Numbered from the stretch's first letter, positions 11,001-20,222 are shown. The stretch: DNA of 33,812 bases from an uncultured Thiotrichaceae bacterium (GCA_964485705.1 CAZALW010000004.1:1-33812); one strand, 5' to 3'. Numbers and translations are program-made. The notes: generated from the sequence alone by a model not told the origin.

Positions 11001-13031
11001 CGGGCTATCGTTAACGGCTACGATAGTAACAGTAACAAAACCCTGTGATGAGGAATTGCCATCCGTTACTGTATAGGAGAAGTTATCTGTTCCATTAGCA
11101 TTGGCAACAGGCGTATATTCGATGCTGTTACCATTAATAGCCACAGCCCCCAAACTCGAATTATTGGCAGCAAAAGCCGTCAACGTTACGCTATCGTCAA
11201 TATCATTTGCTGTTACATCAATTAAAAATGCCGCCGCATCTTCATTGACCGTTTTCATGTCATCATGGGTAATCGGTGCAAAGTTTATTGTCACATTGGG
11301 ATCGACTGGATCAGCATCAACACTATCTAAAACGCCATCACCATCACAGTCCTGTAGTAATGAACATGGCTCTCCACCAGGTAACGGACTAAAGCCTGTA
11401 TCCAGGGTATCAATAACAGCATCATTATCATCATCAGGATCTGTATTATTACCAATACCATCACCATCAGTATCAATAGTTTCTGTTGTATCAAATGGGA
11501 AGGCATCGTTGGCGTTCAACGCACCGTCACCATCTATGTCCGGGTCGCAAGCATCGCCTGTGCCATCTGCATCTGTATCTATTTGGGATGGGTTAGCATT
11601 TATTGGACAATTATCAACGCCATCATTCGGCACACCATCGCCATCAGAATCAGCATCACAAACATCACCCAGACCATTTGTATTTGCATCTGACTGATCT
11701 GGATTTGGATTTAGCGGGCAGTTATCCAAACCATTGGCAACTGTGTCACTGTCTCTATCTAATGCAGGATCAAGAAATCGGGTAGCGTCTAGTGGGAAAT
11801 CATCCTCTATGTCTAACCAGCTATCATTATCATCATCCGCATCACTTAAAGCCGTGGTGTCTATCACAGCAGGAATCAGTCGATCATCTAAACCGTCAAC
11901 ATTACTATCATTACCTGTATCAGCCAGATAAATAACATCTGGCAAACCATCACCATCGGTATCGGTATCAGCCAGCGGGCTATTCGGGAAAGCATCATCT
12001 ACATTGAGTACACCGTCAGCGTCAGCATCTACAACAATTTTTGCAGGTACAGGCTGAGTAACAATAGTGCCATCAAGCAGTTCAGTCGTTGCTGTAGTTG
12101 AACCTGTGATAGCAGTTTCAGCAGCTAAAATAGCCTGAACATCTGCAACCGTTTGCCCTGGTGAAGTATTAGGAATAAATAATAAAGATGGGTTTTGCTG
12201 TAACACCTGCAAGGTGTTTACATTCAAAGTACTGCCACTACTCCCGTCGATGATATTGTTATCAGCCAGATCAGCAGCAAAATCTGCTAACACGATATCT
12301 GCAGTCGCACCTGCCGATTGCTGACTTATCTGATAGACAATAGCCGTAATTGCTTCAATCGCTGTACGATACCCGGCAACATTTGCTTGTTCAGAAGTAC
12401 TGATAGTAATGTTATTAATCAAAGGTGCTGTGTCGAAAATATCAACCGAACTGTCTAAACCAAAACCAAACGTCGACATTACTTTTGACGCAGCCAGCAG
12501 CAGTGCTGCTTCAAACTCATCCACCTGAATACCAGCAGTGCCATTGGTGTCAGTTACATTCATCACAGCAATATCGACAGCTAAAGTGGTTAAAGGCGTT
12601 GCATAGATATCTTTACCACTACTCAGTAATGCCTGCGTAATAACAGTACGCATAACCGTGATGACAGGTGAGACACCTGTTGTAATATCGATAGTTGTAC
12701 CTGGCACACTGGTGAACTCCATAATGTACGGAGGGTTTAATGGCAATGACAGGTTTAACCCCGTAATTGCTGAGCTGCTATTCGTAGAAGCTGTGGTTAC
12801 TACAGAACCCTTAAATCCAGGTTGAGTAGCATCAAAAGCAAAAACAGTCACAACCGCATTGGCTAACGGCCCCTTAACGCCAGCACCAGTGATAACGTGA
12901 GAAGATGGACTGCTAACCGGGGGATTTTGCTGTGGCGCAGAGTCACCACCGCTGCCACAACCTGACAACCCAAGGGTCAATAAAAACACGAAAACAAGCT
13001 CGTATAAAACCTTAGCTGAACAGTCTCTCAT
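8067..13031 (-). CDS. Giant surface lipoprotein with TSP3 Ca-binding repeats and four cadherin-like/Ig (Big_9/tandem-95-type) repeats
   Basis: Lipobox LSGC followed by GSGGDS. Many DxDxDG...D(A/N)(F/C)P repeats (about 11290-12030). Four N-x-x-P-(V/I)-x-x-x-D ... DxFxYxxxD repeats (about 10170-11290). C-terminal beta-rich domains. Confidence 0.85.
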   Translation of the reverse strand: MRDCSAKVLYELVFVFLLTLGLSGCGSGGDSAPQQNPPVSSPSSHVITGAGVKGPLANAVVTVFAFDATQPGFKGSVVTTASTNSSSAITGLNLSLPLNPPYIMEFTSVPGTTIDITTGVSPVITVMRTVITQALLSSGKDIYATPLTTLAVDIAVMNVTDTNGTAGIQVDEFEAALLLAASKVMSTFGFGLDSSVDIFDTAPLINNITISTSEQANVAGYRTAIEAITAIVYQISQQSAGATADIVLADFAADLADNNIIDGSSGSTLNVNTLQVLQQNPSLLFIPNTSPGQTVADVQAILAAETAITGSTTATTELLDGTIVTQPVPAKIVVDADADGVLNVDDAFPNSPLADTDTDGDGLPDVIYLADTGNDSNVDGLDDRLIPAVIDTTALSDADDDNDSWLDIEDDFPLDATRFLDPALDRDSDTVANGLDNCPLNPNPDQSDANTNGLGDVCDADSDGDGVPNDGVDNCPINANPSQIDTDADGTGDACDPDIDGDGALNANDAFPFDTTETIDTDGDGIGNNTDPDDDNDAVIDTLDTGFSPLPGGEPCSLLQDCDGDGVLDSVDADPVDPNVTINFAPITHDDMKTVNEDAAAFLIDVTANDIDDSVTLTAFAANNSSLGAVAINGNSIEYTPVANANGTDNFSYTVTDGNSSSQGFVTVTIVAVNDSPVATDDAESTNEDFAVITKNVLANDADVDGDTLFVVPGDPVATNGVVVNHNDGTFTYTPDANFNGTDSFTYTLSDGNAGISTGTVNITVNAINDLPVGNADNFTVGTTTATVLDVLANDTDVDGTLTISNVSQGSLGSTVTHNGSTVTFTDINNTTGSETFTYDVTDGATIVTGINVTMNIIANIPNTPPVASDDNVATTVDTTFFFNVLDNDTDVDGDVLFVSLPTPNTTPANGSLIYNGNGTFTYTPNTGFLGADSFTYAVTDTAATAVGTVTITVTPPGTPIDIVTLMSATEGGVAGIENAETNVYAYWTDNYDLSGAIFLAEDKVFNHLTGVFDTVVNNGDLLLSGTQWVPEGDIIGTDDGNGGLDLTILDANNVSVEVASFKLTARQLNLNNLQIRDYLNTQWQGAMVNPNATFQLGAKLITDYRFETLVESHVLAQDSSCQRDATTKFSDLGGNCNSVAVDVAINATNYAQLLSDVVAATVWVDPNDGSSTPPGAVTIATNNVTSKTLMVQLVNGGATNYYEVDWGNTNAVAFVANAVAGANWIQNTASGVEMIHFQVPASFITQFSDDLSGDPNYFLTVQNGFVRQGLKHAVGDVEFSENHFNGNALSDILANFSAPVIPGLTELTGTWVSSVVSASGDPTLIHIFANANYESSGSCELDGSTGMEYGTISLNSSTANIIASAQIATQGLCGPAQGNKTLAVNGDVLTLSEAGFADIIYNRLLATLNPIVGSWLLGNIQDSGEAHTILTVLDDTTFALSQDCTTDSVSGFEYGTYVWDQANTNDLTATLSIDSNAGCGLHDNSSLSVSGFSATVVDDMLTLSDSVGENVIFTRISLAYVIPMIQMVYSLDNLIMLDNVNGNEGEQITGSFTWSYVAGDFAGGSGQFTDLSIPGYGTDIAALTITIDIQEGIDISLAVNVHNNGVTINLDLLQPLSLIESSSIKLDTSEYEIEIGARSGVFASGNISPQITP

Positions 13032-13195
13032 CTTTATTCTCTATTTTCATTCCTATGCAGAACACTAATTTCAATCATCAAAGATCCGACAAAAAAAATC
13101 TCTTTTGCTTTAATTCGTATCGACTATATTCAAAGGGACAAGACCTAATCGATCTTTCTTTACTCATACAATAGTACCGGAACGCCATCAACAAA

Positions 13196-13240
13196 AAACT
13201 AGGCAAAAGACCCTAGATAGGGGGTGGGGTTTATCTGACA
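13196..13240 (-). promoter_or_regulatory. Conserved 45-bp upstream element, copy 1 (probable transcription-factor site pair)
   Basis: 41/45 identical to 28355-28399. Contains the palindrome CTAGG-N8-CCTAG. A -10-like TACTAT lies on the minus strand at 13171-13176. Confidence 0.75.
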
Positions 13241-13436
13241 CAGCAGCAACATTGATTAATGTTTCGAAACCTGAATTGCGTCTGTAAAAACTTTTAAAAC
13301 TCTGCGCTCTAAAAAACCTACAAATCAAGTTAAAACAATAAGCAATTATTTCTGCCAGGCACTATAATGATATAAGCTCACAAAAAAACATTTAATCCAA
13401 TTTACAATAACTTCTTCTACATAAGCAGGAAACATC

Positions 13437-14105
13437 ATGTCACAAAAAAATAAACAAATTTTGTCCGGTGCCACCCGGTTTTTTTATGTTTTTTTATGTT
13501 TTTCACTAACCGCTTTCACTACACAGTCAATCGCTATCTCATCAGCAGACACCGGTTCAACAACTGCCGAAGACCCACATGCACACCACCGAATGATGAT
13601 GCAGAACAACGACAACTATAACCGGTCATATTCTTCATACAGACTTCCTCCCAAGGTACTAAAAGACAAAAACGGTAACGATGTTAACCTGCACGATTTC
13701 CTGCATGATGACAGACCGTTTATTATGAGTTTTATCTTTACTACCTGCACAACAATCTGCCCGGTATTAACCGCTACTCTCTCGTCTGCGCAGAACGACT
13801 TAATGACATCCCAGATAAAACCCGTGCTGATATCAATCAGCATAGATCCGGAAGTAGACACGCCAGACAAATTAACAGCATATGCGAAAAAGTTTAATGC
13901 TTCTGAGGACTGGATTTTTCTAACAGGTAAACTTGATGATATTATTGAAGTACAACGTTCACTCGGCATCTATCGTGGCAGTAAGTTAAACCATGAACCT
14001 GTTACGTTAATAAAAACTGCAGGTAAAAAGTGGCTGGTTTTAAATGGTTTCACCAGCGCAAATGATCTGGTTAATGAGTACAGATCATACAGCAGTGATG
14101 ATTAA
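13437..14105 (+). CDS. SCO1/SenC family copper chaperone
   Basis: FIFTTCTTICP (CxxxC), ISIDPEVDTP, WIFLTG, conserved His (LNHEP). N-terminal signal/anchor and a His/Met-rich patch HAHHRMMM. Confidence 0.93.
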   Translation: MSQKNKQILSGATRFFYVFLCFSLTAFTTQSIAISSADTGSTTAEDPHAHHRMMMQNNDNYNRSYSSYRLPPKVLKDKNGNDVNLHDFLHDDRPFIMSFIFTTCTTICPVLTATLSSAQNDLMTSQIKPVLISISIDPEVDTPDKLTAYAKKFNASEDWIFLTGKLDDIIEVQRSLGIYRGSKLNHEPVTLIKTAGKKWLVLNGFTSANDLVNEYRSYSSDD

Positions 14106-15837
14106 AGATCAGATGCCTGCACGCTCTGCCAATATTGCCAGGAACGCAGTACGAAAAGCCACCTGTTACTCTGCAATTAGCCTTATTACAATACTGCTAT
14201 CGTCAACCAGCACATTTGCCAGTTATATAAATCAAGATGCAATACTGGCAGGTAAAAATATATACCTACATGGCAAACTTTCATCTGGTGAAAATGTTAT
14301 TGCCACCATCGTTGATGATGTTCTGTTAACCGGCAAACAGGCTGCGTGCGTTAACTGTCATCGACACAGTGGCCTGGGGTCCAATGAAGGCTCGAGCACT
14401 GCACCGGCGATAACAGGTGAGATTCTTTTTTTTGAAAAAAAAATCAAGGCGCACCGTTTCATATCAAACCCGACTAAAACACCTTCTAAACTTGATCGAC
14501 CCGCATATACAAAAAACAGCTTAAAAAACACACTATTGACAGGTGTAGATATAAACGGCAAGCCACTTGATAGATTAATGCCTCGTTATACATTTGCAGA
14601 AAATGATTATAACCATCTACATGCTTACCTCAATTCCTTATCAATTAATAATGCAGGCGTTACGGATACTACCTTACACATCGCCACCATTATAGATGAA
14701 AGAGTTAGCACAGATAAAATTGATACCCTACTCAACACATTAAAAGAATATATCTCAGACCTAAATTCTGGAACAAGACATGAGGTAAAAAGAGCCGCAC
14801 AGGCACCAATACAAAAAGAATGGTCATACCAGGGTTATAGAAAATACAAGTTGCATGTATGGCGGCTCACAGATGAGCCTGACTCATGGCAGAAACAACT
14901 GGACAGTTATTATGATAAAACACCCGTGTTTGCCGTTGTTTCCGGTATAAGTAAAGACAGCTGGAAAAATATAGATAAATTCTGTAACGCCAGGGAAGTA
15001 CCATGCATACTGCCAAATACAAAAACACCCGGTTATTCAAATAAAAACTTTTATACCCTGTATTACAATTCCGGGCCGTATAACGATGCATCGGTTATTG
15101 CACGATATTTCAACGATAAAACAATAGTTAATAATGAAGTGAATAGCATTGTACAGCTATATGATAATTCAAGTTATAGTGAAGTAGCAAGAAACACACT
15201 GCATAAAGAAATCTCATTAAACAAAAAATATAATATCACTAGTGTGTCAGTCGACACGATCAGCAATAAACATAACATTGATAAATATATAATAAACAGT
15301 AAAACAACGATCATTATCTGGTCTGATAAAATTGATACCTCCCTGATAGAGGCATTAACCAGTCATAAAAACAAAATACAATCTATTTTTATTCCTTACT
15401 ATTTAGCAACATCAAACGAAACCAGACAAAAACTTAAAAACATTGACGTTGATATTTTGACTTCATACCCATACGTAAAACCTTCTAGTGAGCCACGAGC
15501 CACAATAAGATCAAGCGTATGGGGAAGATCCAGAAAAATTGATATGACTGAAAAAGCCATATTCACAAACACGTTTACCGCAATAAAATTATTAATGAAT
15601 GCGATCAAACATGCAAGAAGTCACTTTAACCGTGCTTACATAATCGAGCTTCTGGAACATAAGCTCGACAAGGCATTATTAACCGGGATGTACCCCAAAT
15701 TAACTATCGGCCCTAATCAACGTTATGCTTCCAGAGGCGGTTATATTATGAAAGTACCTGATGATGCATCTTCACCACTGCAACCGGTAAGCCAATGGCT
15801 GCTACCTGAAAAACAGGTTAAACTTACTCAACAGTAA
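14098..15837 (+). CDS. Monoheme cytochrome c fused to a type-I periplasmic-binding-protein-like domain
   Basis: Signal peptide, heme motif CVNCH, candidate distal Met in LMPRY, then a long alpha/beta region (PVFAVVSG, EVPCILP, LTIGPNQRYASRGGYI). Start placed at ATG 14098 overlapping the SCO end; exact start uncertain. Confidence 0.8.
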   Translation: MIKDQMPARSANIARNAVRKATCYSAISLITILLSSTSTFASYINQDAILAGKNIYLHGKLSSGENVIATIVDDVLLTGKQAACVNCHRHSGLGSNEGSSTAPAITGEILFFEKKIKAHRFISNPTKTPSKLDRPAYTKNSLKNTLLTGVDINGKPLDRLMPRYTFAENDYNHLHAYLNSLSINNAGVTDTTLHIATIIDERVSTDKIDTLLNTLKEYISDLNSGTRHEVKRAAQAPIQKEWSYQGYRKYKLHVWRLTDEPDSWQKQLDSYYDKTPVFAVVSGISKDSWKNIDKFCNAREVPCILPNTKTPGYSNKNFYTLYYNSGPYNDASVIARYFNDKTIVNNEVNSIVQLYDNSSYSEVARNTLHKEISLNKKYNITSVSVDTISNKHNIDKYIINSKTTIIIWSDKIDTSLIEALTSHKNKIQSIFIPYYLATSNETRQKLKNIDVDILTSYPYVKPSSEPRATIRSSVWGRSRKIDMTEKAIFTNTFTAIKLLMNAIKHARSHFNRAYIIELLEHKLDKALLTGMYPKLTIGPNQRYASRGGYIMKVPDDASSPLQPVSQWLLPEKQVKLTQQ

Positions 15838-16888
15838 GGTGTTCAACCCTGAAATCCCCGATCACAAGTGTTAATCTGTCGCCTGTTTTAATCCTTTTAC
15901 CCGGATTGGCGATCATCAAAAAGTAGTCCTTGTTTTCCTTTATGTAACCAGGTGCCTGCCTTAAAAAACCCACTTTAGGTGATGCAGGTACGCCATATCT
16001 AACGTCTGATGCTTCTTCGATTATGAAGGGACGAAGCTTTCTGTCAAATAGAGGTTTGGCTTTTTCACTGTCAACAACACGATAACTAATATTCAGCATG
16101 TAACCAGCCGATGACTGCCGAACCCTGAAATTATCCACGCCCCATTTATTTGTTATAGATTCAGTAGTTTTATCTTTTATCGTTTTAGCACTTTGCTGAA
16201 CCTTGCCAGAGCCCTGGGTATTATCATCAGTGACAGTTATAGGTATCGCACCCGAGCCTGAGGGAAGGAAAAACTGTCTATCATTTTGGCTACTGTCAGC
16301 ACCCTGATTTTTACCAGCAATATTAGCTGAAACAACCGCATTATCATTGGTATTGTGTATCGTTGTTTGTTCTGTCATTTGCGCTGACAAATGTTCTGGT
16401 TTTTTGTCAACGGATTGCTCTGCAAGCTGAACATTATATGCAAATAAATTATTAATGATGAAGGAAACGACCTGCCCATTGGCATCACTAAGCGGGTTTT
16501 TTAGTGATTTTGTTACAGAAAAATCGGTATCACCATTAGCAATAACTTCCAGCTGAATTATCGCAACATCCAGCTCCCCTTCGACCGTATCAAAACTGGC
16601 AAATAGTATCTCATCAATGCGGCCTTCAGTATTATTGATAACACCAGATCTGTTGGCCAAACTCCAGATATGATTGATGACAACGGATTGTGCCTGTAAT
16701 ACATCTGGATTAAAGCGAATATTCAGACCACCGCCAAATATTTTTGGTGACTCAGAGAGTGTGACAAAAAGTAAAATGGTATCACCAACCTGGTAATTAG
16801 CCTGATTCGGCGTGATATTGACAACAGCGTTTGCCTGCGCACCAAAAGAAAATATAAAGACCAATAAACCCAGAGCCAAACACTTCAT
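15824..16888 (-). CDS. Secreted protein: N-terminal cohesin-like domain, low-complexity linker, C-terminal domain of unknown function
   Basis: Signal peptide ending AQA/ANA. YQVGDTILLFVTL...GGGLNIRFNPDVLQ...INNTEGRI...GELDVAIIQLEVIANGDT is the typical cohesin strand pattern. C-terminal domain WGVDNFRVRQSSAGYMLNISYRVVD...GDRLTLVIGDFRVEHLTVE. Confidence 0.75.
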   Translation of the reverse strand: MKCLALGLLVFIFSFGAQANAVVNITPNQANYQVGDTILLFVTLSESPKIFGGGLNIRFNPDVLQAQSVVINHIWSLANRSGVINNTEGRIDEILFASFDTVEGELDVAIIQLEVIANGDTDFSVTKSLKNPLSDANGQVVSFIINNLFAYNVQLAEQSVDKKPEHLSAQMTEQTTIHNTNDNAVVSANIAGKNQGADSSQNDRQFFLPSGSGAIPITVTDDNTQGSGKVQQSAKTIKDKTTESITNKWGVDNFRVRQSSAGYMLNISYRVVDSEKAKPLFDRKLRPFIIEEASDVRYGVPASPKVGFLRQAPGYIKENKDYFLMIANPGKRIKTGDRLTLVIGDFRVEHLTVE

Positions 16889-17080
16889 AATTTAATCCCA
16901 CACACAAAATAATTATTGGAAAATCAGAAAAATAAATAAGAATAATAAACAGTAAAAAGAATTTGAAAAACTAATACATAAGATTAAGGTATATAAAAAA
17001 ACAAGCTGACAAAACAGAAGTATTCATAGTGCTTACAATACCATAATCGTTAAAACCTATCGTTAATTCACCAGCTAATA

Positions 17081-17385
17081 TTAATTGTTAATATCATTTA
17101 GTCTACGATACCAGATGGCCCCGGTGGACCGCCAAACATTACTCTGAAAATTGAAAAATCGCTGAAGCCTACTAGACCATTGCCATCGAAGTCAGCATCA
17201 GGATCAGTTGTACCAAATGAAACTCTGAACAGGCTAAAGTCACTAAAACCAACCAGACCATCGTTATTGAGATCCGCATCACAGATATTGCCATAACCAT
17301 CGGCATCTGTATCCACCTGTAATTTGTTACTGGCTGTAATACAATTATCACAGGCATCATACCAACCATCACCATCACTATCCGT
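17081..17385 (-). repeat. TSP3 + dockerin-like C-terminal cassette, copy 3 (subtilase)
   Basis: Encodes DSDGDGWYDACDNC...DADLNNDGLVGFSDFSLFRVSFG...DADFDGNGLVGFSDFSIFRVMFG..PGPSGI. DNA is visibly similar to the other two copies, including 17 nt beyond the stop. Confidence 0.88.
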
Positions 17386-18834
17386 TGTACCAGCTGGACA
17401 TCTCAATTTTAATAACGCCTGGTAAGCATCAACCAGACCATATCCAGTAACGTCATCAGGGCCAGGTGAACCAAGATCTAGTGCCGCGTCATATAAAGCA
17501 TTTCTAATATCATTATGGCTCGCGGTCGGTACTGCACTTTTAAGTAATGCAATAATTCCGGTAATATGCGGCGCAGCGAATGAGGTTCCTTGAACCATTG
17601 TATAAGGATCCAAAGCAGTACCCTGACCAAATGATAAATCTGAGGTGTATATTCCCACACCAGGTGCAGCCAGGTTAGGATAAAAACCATCAGAACAGCT
17701 TGATGCTCCTCGACTACTGGTATTAGCCACAGCCATCGATTCATCAACTGAAGCTACGGATACCACTTCAGCATAATCTGCCGGACTATATAAAGTTTGC
17801 TCAACGGGACCGCCATTTCCAGCAGCAAAAACAACCTCAATACCCGCCTGTTTTAGTGCATCAATATCTGCATGAAATTCAGTGTCACAAGTTGATGACG
17901 AACTTGTTGAACCCCATGAATTATTAACAATATCAGGCGCATCATCTGTAGATGGATCATCATCCGGGTCTAATAACCATTGAAAGCCACTGTGGATTGC
18001 ACTTAAGGTTGCCGTGGCATTATCTCTAAAGATCTTTACTGAAATCCAGTGAGCACCCGGTGCAACACCTATATTATTGCCTGAAGCATCACCACCAACC
18101 ATTACACCCATCACCTGGGTGCCATGACCCATGCCATCATGAGGCTGTGGATATTCTGAGTAAGGATCAAACCAGCTATTTGTACCACCTCTCCAGCTAG
18201 AAACCAGATCAGGATGCTGTGCATCAACACCGGTGTCCATTGAAGCAATTACTATGCCCTCACCAGTAATACCGTCATTCCATAAACTGGCCGACTTAAC
18301 CATATCAAGATTCCATGTTGGCATGCTATTACTGGTACTAACATTATGGTTTGCCAGTTTTATAACTGAATCAAGATTAATGCGATCTACCTGGGGATGA
18401 TTTAAAAAGATATTAATGAGATGCGGCGGCAATTTAACGGCCATTGCATTAATCAGCCATAATTCACGATCAATGTTCTTTTTGTATGACTTTAATAGCC
18501 TTTTGAATTGCTTGCTTGAAATGTCAGCATCTGACTTCATAAACTGGATGTGCATCCTGCGCATTTCTTTTCTAGCTTTTTTATAAGCTTTTATATAGGT
18601 TTTTTTATCCTTAAAATCCGAACGTTTGATCTTTTTCAACTTGTCGCTAGCATTCCTCTTATTGACATTCCTGTTGTCAGCATTTCTAGCAGGTTGGCTA
18701 TTAAAATAAATAATTACCGATATTTTATCGCCAGGCTGGCTGCTATTTATTTTTTCCTGCAGATTTTCCCCCAGATAACCAGCCAAACAGTTAACAGGGG
18801 AAACAAGCAGCAAAATAATAAACAGCAAACGCAC
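17098..18834 (-). CDS. Secreted S8 (subtilisin-like) serine peptidase with prodomain and C-terminal TSP3 + dockerin-like module
   Basis: Catalytic Asp (SMDTGVD), His (GHGTQVMG), oxyanion Asn (AAGNGG), Ser (QGTSFAAPH). I9-like propeptide. GTG start after AAGGA. Confidence 0.93.
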   Translation of the reverse strand: MRLLFIILLLVSPVNCLAGYLGENLQEKINSSQPGDKISVIIYFNSQPARNADNRNVNKRNASDKLKKIKRSDFKDKKTYIKAYKKARKEMRRMHIQFMKSDADISSKQFKRLLKSYKKNIDRELWLINAMAVKLPPHLINIFLNHPQVDRINLDSVIKLANHNVSTSNSMPTWNLDMVKSASLWNDGITGEGIVIASMDTGVDAQHPDLVSSWRGGTNSWFDPYSEYPQPHDGMGHGTQVMGVMVGGDASGNNIGVAPGAHWISVKIFRDNATATLSAIHSGFQWLLDPDDDPSTDDAPDIVNNSWGSTSSSSTCDTEFHADIDALKQAGIEVVFAAGNGGPVEQTLYSPADYAEVVSVASVDESMAVANTSSRGASSCSDGFYPNLAAPGVGIYTSDLSFGQGTALDPYTMVQGTSFAAPHITGIIALLKSAVPTASHNDIRNALYDAALDLGSPGPDDVTGYGLVDAYQALLKLRCPAGTTDSDGDGWYDACDNCITASNKLQVDTDADGYGNICDADLNNDGLVGFSDFSLFRVSFGTTDPDADFDGNGLVGFSDFSIFRVMFGGPPGPSGIVD

Positions 18835-18847
18835 TAAATATCCTTAA

Positions 18848-19150
18848 TTAATTTTTAATATCATTCAATTTGCAATACCGGATGGTCCCGGTGATTTTCC
18901 AAACATCACTCTAAACAGGCTAAAGTCACTAAAACCAACCTGGCCACTACCATCGAAGTCAGCATCAGCATCAGTTGTGCCGAATGAGACTCTGAACAGG
19001 CTAAAATCGCTAAAACCAACCTGGCCATCGTTATTGAGATCCGCGTCACAGATATTGCCAAAACCATCTCCGTTGCTATCACGCTGATCTGAATTAGCGA
19101 TTAAGGTACAGTTATCCAGATGATCCAGTACCGTATCTGAATCTGAATCG
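18848..19150 (-). repeat. TSP3 + dockerin-like C-terminal cassette, copy 2 (cupredoxin subunit C)
   Basis: Encodes DSDSDTVLDHLDNC...QRDSNGDGFGNICDADLNNDGQVGFSDFSLFRVSFG...DADFDGSGQVGFSDFSLFRVMFGKSPGPSGIAN. Confidence 0.9.
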
Positions 19151-20190
19151 GTGCCTACCTGCAGGATAATCACTAAACTACCAGGTGAAGTAGGCATGCT
19201 TCCATTAGTAGCAGTGAGAGTAGTCAGATTCAACATACGATCAAACATCGTGTAATTACCTGCACTTTGCGGTGAAAACAGGACATCTCTTGTTTGACCT
19301 GCAGCAACCAACACAGAATACTGCGTTTTAGGGTTTTGATAGACATGCCCATCTTCTGCAATTATGACAAGGTCATTACCGTGCAGCGTAGGCATATGTG
19401 ATTTCAGCCCCATGTTAATAAAACGTATTAATATATCCTGCCCTGGTGCACCCACGACAGGTGCACCTGTTGATGAATCATCACCATTCACCAGAAAATA
19501 TTGCGGATTATAATCCATGGTACTGGTCATTCCTGCAGGTGTACCATATACACCACTGGCAACCTGATTATGTAACACTGTGTCTATTTCACTATAGAAC
19601 ACTGTTGTTTCACTATCATATGTTGTTGCGATATTGGCATAAGCCTGACCCGGTGCTGCGTTTTTAGTCAGCGCGCCATATAAACCCATCTGTACCTGTA
19701 GCGCAGGATGAGTGCCGCTTTGATAGGCAAAAGTGCCCGGTTTCACGTTAGTCCAGGAATAAACCTGATCCTTTGAGCCATCTGTAGCCGTGGCAACACT
19801 GTCCGTTTCATGGGTAAACGACCTTACCCGAGTATTATCGGATGGCAGCATCACAGGAACCATGGTTGTTGAGTTCTGCCCGGGTATGACAATGGATACC
19901 GGCTCGGACAGACCAATATTTCTCACATGGATATTCAATACCGAATCAGTATCAGCCACGGTTAAAGCCGGTCCGGGCACCTGAATTGAGGCTGAACAGT
20001 CATCCGCAAAATCTGCACTGTCTGGCGCAAACCCCCACATCGGCACCACAACACCATCAGACATGGTGATGTTTTCCTGCTTTGCACACAGATAGTAATC
20101 TACTGCAAATGTTGCACCACTATAACTTGCTGATATTAAGCTCAATGCGATGGTACTTGCGAGAGCATTTTTTGTAAATTTGATTTTCAT
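18865..20190 (-). CDS. Secreted two-domain cupredoxin (MCO-like) protein lacking canonical Cu ligands, with C-terminal TSP3 + dockerin-like module (subunit C)
   Basis: MCO fold landmarks (VPMWGF, VPGPALTV, PGTFAY, MGLYGAL, YFLVNG, LIRFINMG), but ligand positions read SIVIPG, YQSG, HMPTLHG and MFDR. Confidence 0.8.
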   Translation of the reverse strand: MKIKFTKNALASTIALSLISASYSGATFAVDYYLCAKQENITMSDGVVVPMWGFAPDSADFADDCSASIQVPGPALTVADTDSVLNIHVRNIGLSEPVSIVIPGQNSTTMVPVMLPSDNTRVRSFTHETDSVATATDGSKDQVYSWTNVKPGTFAYQSGTHPALQVQMGLYGALTKNAAPGQAYANIATTYDSETTVFYSEIDTVLHNQVASGVYGTPAGMTSTMDYNPQYFLVNGDDSSTGAPVVGAPGQDILIRFINMGLKSHMPTLHGNDLVIIAEDGHVYQNPKTQYSVLVAAGQTRDVLFSPQSAGNYTMFDRMLNLTTLTATNGSMPTSPGSLVIILQVGTDSDSDTVLDHLDNCTLIANSDQRDSNGDGFGNICDADLNNDGQVGFSDFSLFRVSFGTTDADADFDGSGQVGFSDFSLFRVMFGKSPGPSGIAN

Positions 20191-20222
20191 TTTAATTACT
20201 CCGTTTAATCTTTGCTCTGCAA

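Noticed and set aside
11101-11697. 198-aa plus-strand ORF and the other short overlapping ORFs in the track
   Set aside because: They are antisense or off-frame shadows of well-supported genes. The Ser/Pro-rich composition mirrors the Asp/Gly codons of the TSP3 repeats.
13196-13240. c-di-GMP-I riboswitch (GGCAAA followed by a hairpin)
   Set aside because: There is no GAAA tetraloop or GACGCAAAGC segment, and copy 2 would be on the wrong strand for its downstream gene. A DNA site fits better.
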